Below are positions 62,019-64,000 of a stretch of DNA of 64,000 bases, piece by piece; position 1 is the stretch's first letter; every line of letters begins with the position of its first letter. The DNA lies in contig NMRA01000077.1 in NCBI GenBank assembly GCA_002633005.1, forward strand, positions 124,001-188,000. Direction: 5' to 3'. The DNA comes from Phoronis australis. Its lineage: Eukaryota; Animalia; Phoronida. A model generated the notes under the pieces. The model saw nothing but the letters and a program-made list of their open reading frames with translations. It was not told the DNA's origin and did no database searches. The translations under genes were made by a program, and so were the position numbers.

Positions 62019-63460
62019 TAGACTTGATGAAATCAATTTCGACCAAAAATAATTGTAAATTATGACCATATTAAGGGGTTCTAAGGGTATTTTGAATGTC
62101 AATTTTTCTCAAAGAGTTGTCGTACTTTTTAATGACACATTTTGATGTGTCATTAAAAAGTATAATTCTTAAAAGTTAGTGACAATTATCCTTTGTGAAT
62201 AAATGAGAAATTAAGACGTCGCTTGAGTTATAGTCAGGTTTGTTGTGTAATTTTGTTGCAATTTTTTGGGCAAAATGGAAACTATACATTTTTGGAAACC
62301 TCATGGAGTGACAAATCAAAAAATAATTGATTCCATTTTTGGCGGCCATCTTGGATTTTCAAAAATGGCGCCGGTAAAAGGGATTTTGCCCAATATCTCC
62401 ACTTTTGGGTCACTTAGAATGTTGGTTTTTATGGCTACACCTACATTTCTCAGGTAAAGGAATTGGAAATTTTAATGTTAGAGCGCCATCTTGGATTTTT
62501 AAAAATGGCGCCCGAAAATACATTTTCCTGAGTAACTTTGCTCTTGGGTCAATTAGAATGTTAGTTTTAATGGCTGCACCCACATTTTTGTGGTCAAGAA
62601 ATCTGAAAGTGCAACTTATTAAATGTTAAATATAATCAAAACCCCTTTATCAGCTGCCACATTTTCTAAATGCATTCTTCATGTAATCCGACACATATGA
62701 TCACTATCTGACTTTCTTGTATATTTTGTTTGGAGCTTGTTTCCTTCAAGACACTTAAAACTAAAAATGTACCACACGTCCACAATCCCAGATGCCATGG
62801 GGACTGAAGTATTTCTGAGAAGCCTGTCATAATAGGCAATGACGAGTACCAGTAAATCTATGTGAGGTGAAAAAACACTCAGCTGAGAATCAGGGAGCTT
62901 TTTATGTGATGCCAGAACTGCATGATGTACAGTGTATTAGCAAGCGTAGATCACGTCGGTTGCTCTTTGTGCATCCTAAAGCTGTAGTAATGGCCATCTT
63001 CGCAGAGTTTTTACTACAAGTGTCTTTGCAGACAGATATTCAGTAATGTGAGCCTTTTTTGGCCACGGGAGAGGAGCCGGGAAACGGCTCATTGGGATAT
63101 TCTGTATGAAAGTCTCATCTCTTATCTGGTACTATACTTGACCCTTCCTCTGCCTCCTTTTTTCTCTTGTAGCATGTTTCAAAGAGTTGTCTTTGTGGGT
63201 ATCAAAAAACCAGAATGATATCGTCATAACCTTTAGTTCAGAACATCGCTTCCTTGCTATCCACACGGCGTGCAGTTTTGTGGCTTAATTGGGTGAACAC
63301 ACTCAATGGATGTTGTTTACATGTTTTCTGGATCTAAAACATCTTGCAGCTTGAGGACTGTCCTGTCCTAAGACGTCTGCTTCGGATAATTTGTGCAGAA
63401 GGTGGATTCGATTCGATTTGTCAGTGCATGACAGCATTGCCCCACTCGCCAGAAAAGATG
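62019..63460 (-). mobile_element. Decayed Academ-like (AcademX, XPG/PIN nuclease-bearing) DNA transposon
   Basis: Minus strand GAMLSCTDKS..IHLL, GYDDIILVF/DTHKDNSLKHATREKRR, HHAVLAS..VFSPHIDLLVLVIAYYDRL (~SPDTDV motif), with frameshifts and stops; non-coding end has repeated GCCATCTTGGATTTT..AAAATGGCGCC hairpins and a TAG terminus. Confidence 0.62.
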
Positions 63461-64000
63461 TGGTATATCAATGCGTGTTGCGGCCAACAGATGGCGCGCT
63501 CGTGGTAGTAAATAAAAGAACACACGAATACTTTAACAATAGAATACGTCTATTAATTTGCAGCGTTGTGATTTGCAAACAATAGATTACATCGGGTTGT
63601 GAGACTGACAGCTGTTTGAATGAAACGATATATCGTTACAGGTGAAAGTATTAAACCACAGTGCCACCAGTTACCCGTAGCTACTGCATACGTTAATGCA
63701 ATACAAGTCGCAACATGAACTGACTCTCTAAAACAATCACTAGACTGGTTCAAATTGACTAGCAGGCTGAGACCAACTCCTGTATTAAGTGTTTATACTT
63801 TGATTCTTCTATTCGACTTCACTAAGATGCTTGACTGGCTTTCCTTGCCTTCGCTGTTTGCTCGTCCTAGCGATCAGGTCTGGCCGTTCAGTGGCCTGAT
63901 GTCGTGGCCTGTTCAGATGTCACGGTCTTGGTCTCGGTCTCAGTCTGATCCTCCTTGATAGCCAATGTCTTAAATACTGCTATAGCTGGCATCTATGATG

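Noticed and set aside
63755-64000. Possible last exon of a convergent minus-strand gene
   Set aside because: GC-richer with short open frames, but clipped by the window and without recognisable homology.
1-64000. Prokaryotic defence or mobile system, operon, rRNA
   Set aside because: Spliceosomal introns, low coding density and animal TE families show a metazoan nuclear locus.

Overview
AT-rich eukaryotic (invertebrate animal-like) genomic DNA, not prokaryotic. The window is dominated by one large, intron-rich + strand gene of the atypical Hsp70 subfamily HSPA12 (HSPA12A/B-like). Its nine core exons (45769..60408) can be spliced by hand at GT-AG sites with consistent phases and follow vertebrate HSPA12A motif by motif. 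Upstream lies a chain of phase-compatible, non-conserved exons, including a single 4.5-kb acidic/Cys-rich exon (17119..21610) with hidden 13-aa repeats. If all are joined they give a ~2530-aa 'giant' HSPA12 with ~1900 aa of N-terminal extension; this is the most interesting signal but needs transcript evidence. Introns contain many non-autonomous DNA elements (Harbinger-, Tc1/mariner-, hAT-, Kolobok- and Helentron/HINE-like), tRNA-derived sequences, decayed Penelope/LINE/Academ remnants and minisatellites. Two ~1.4-kb tandem duplications each meet at a single N and are probably haplotype assembly artefacts. No CRISPR, rRNA or prokaryotic system is supported. All family assignments come from motif recognition by eye, not database searches.
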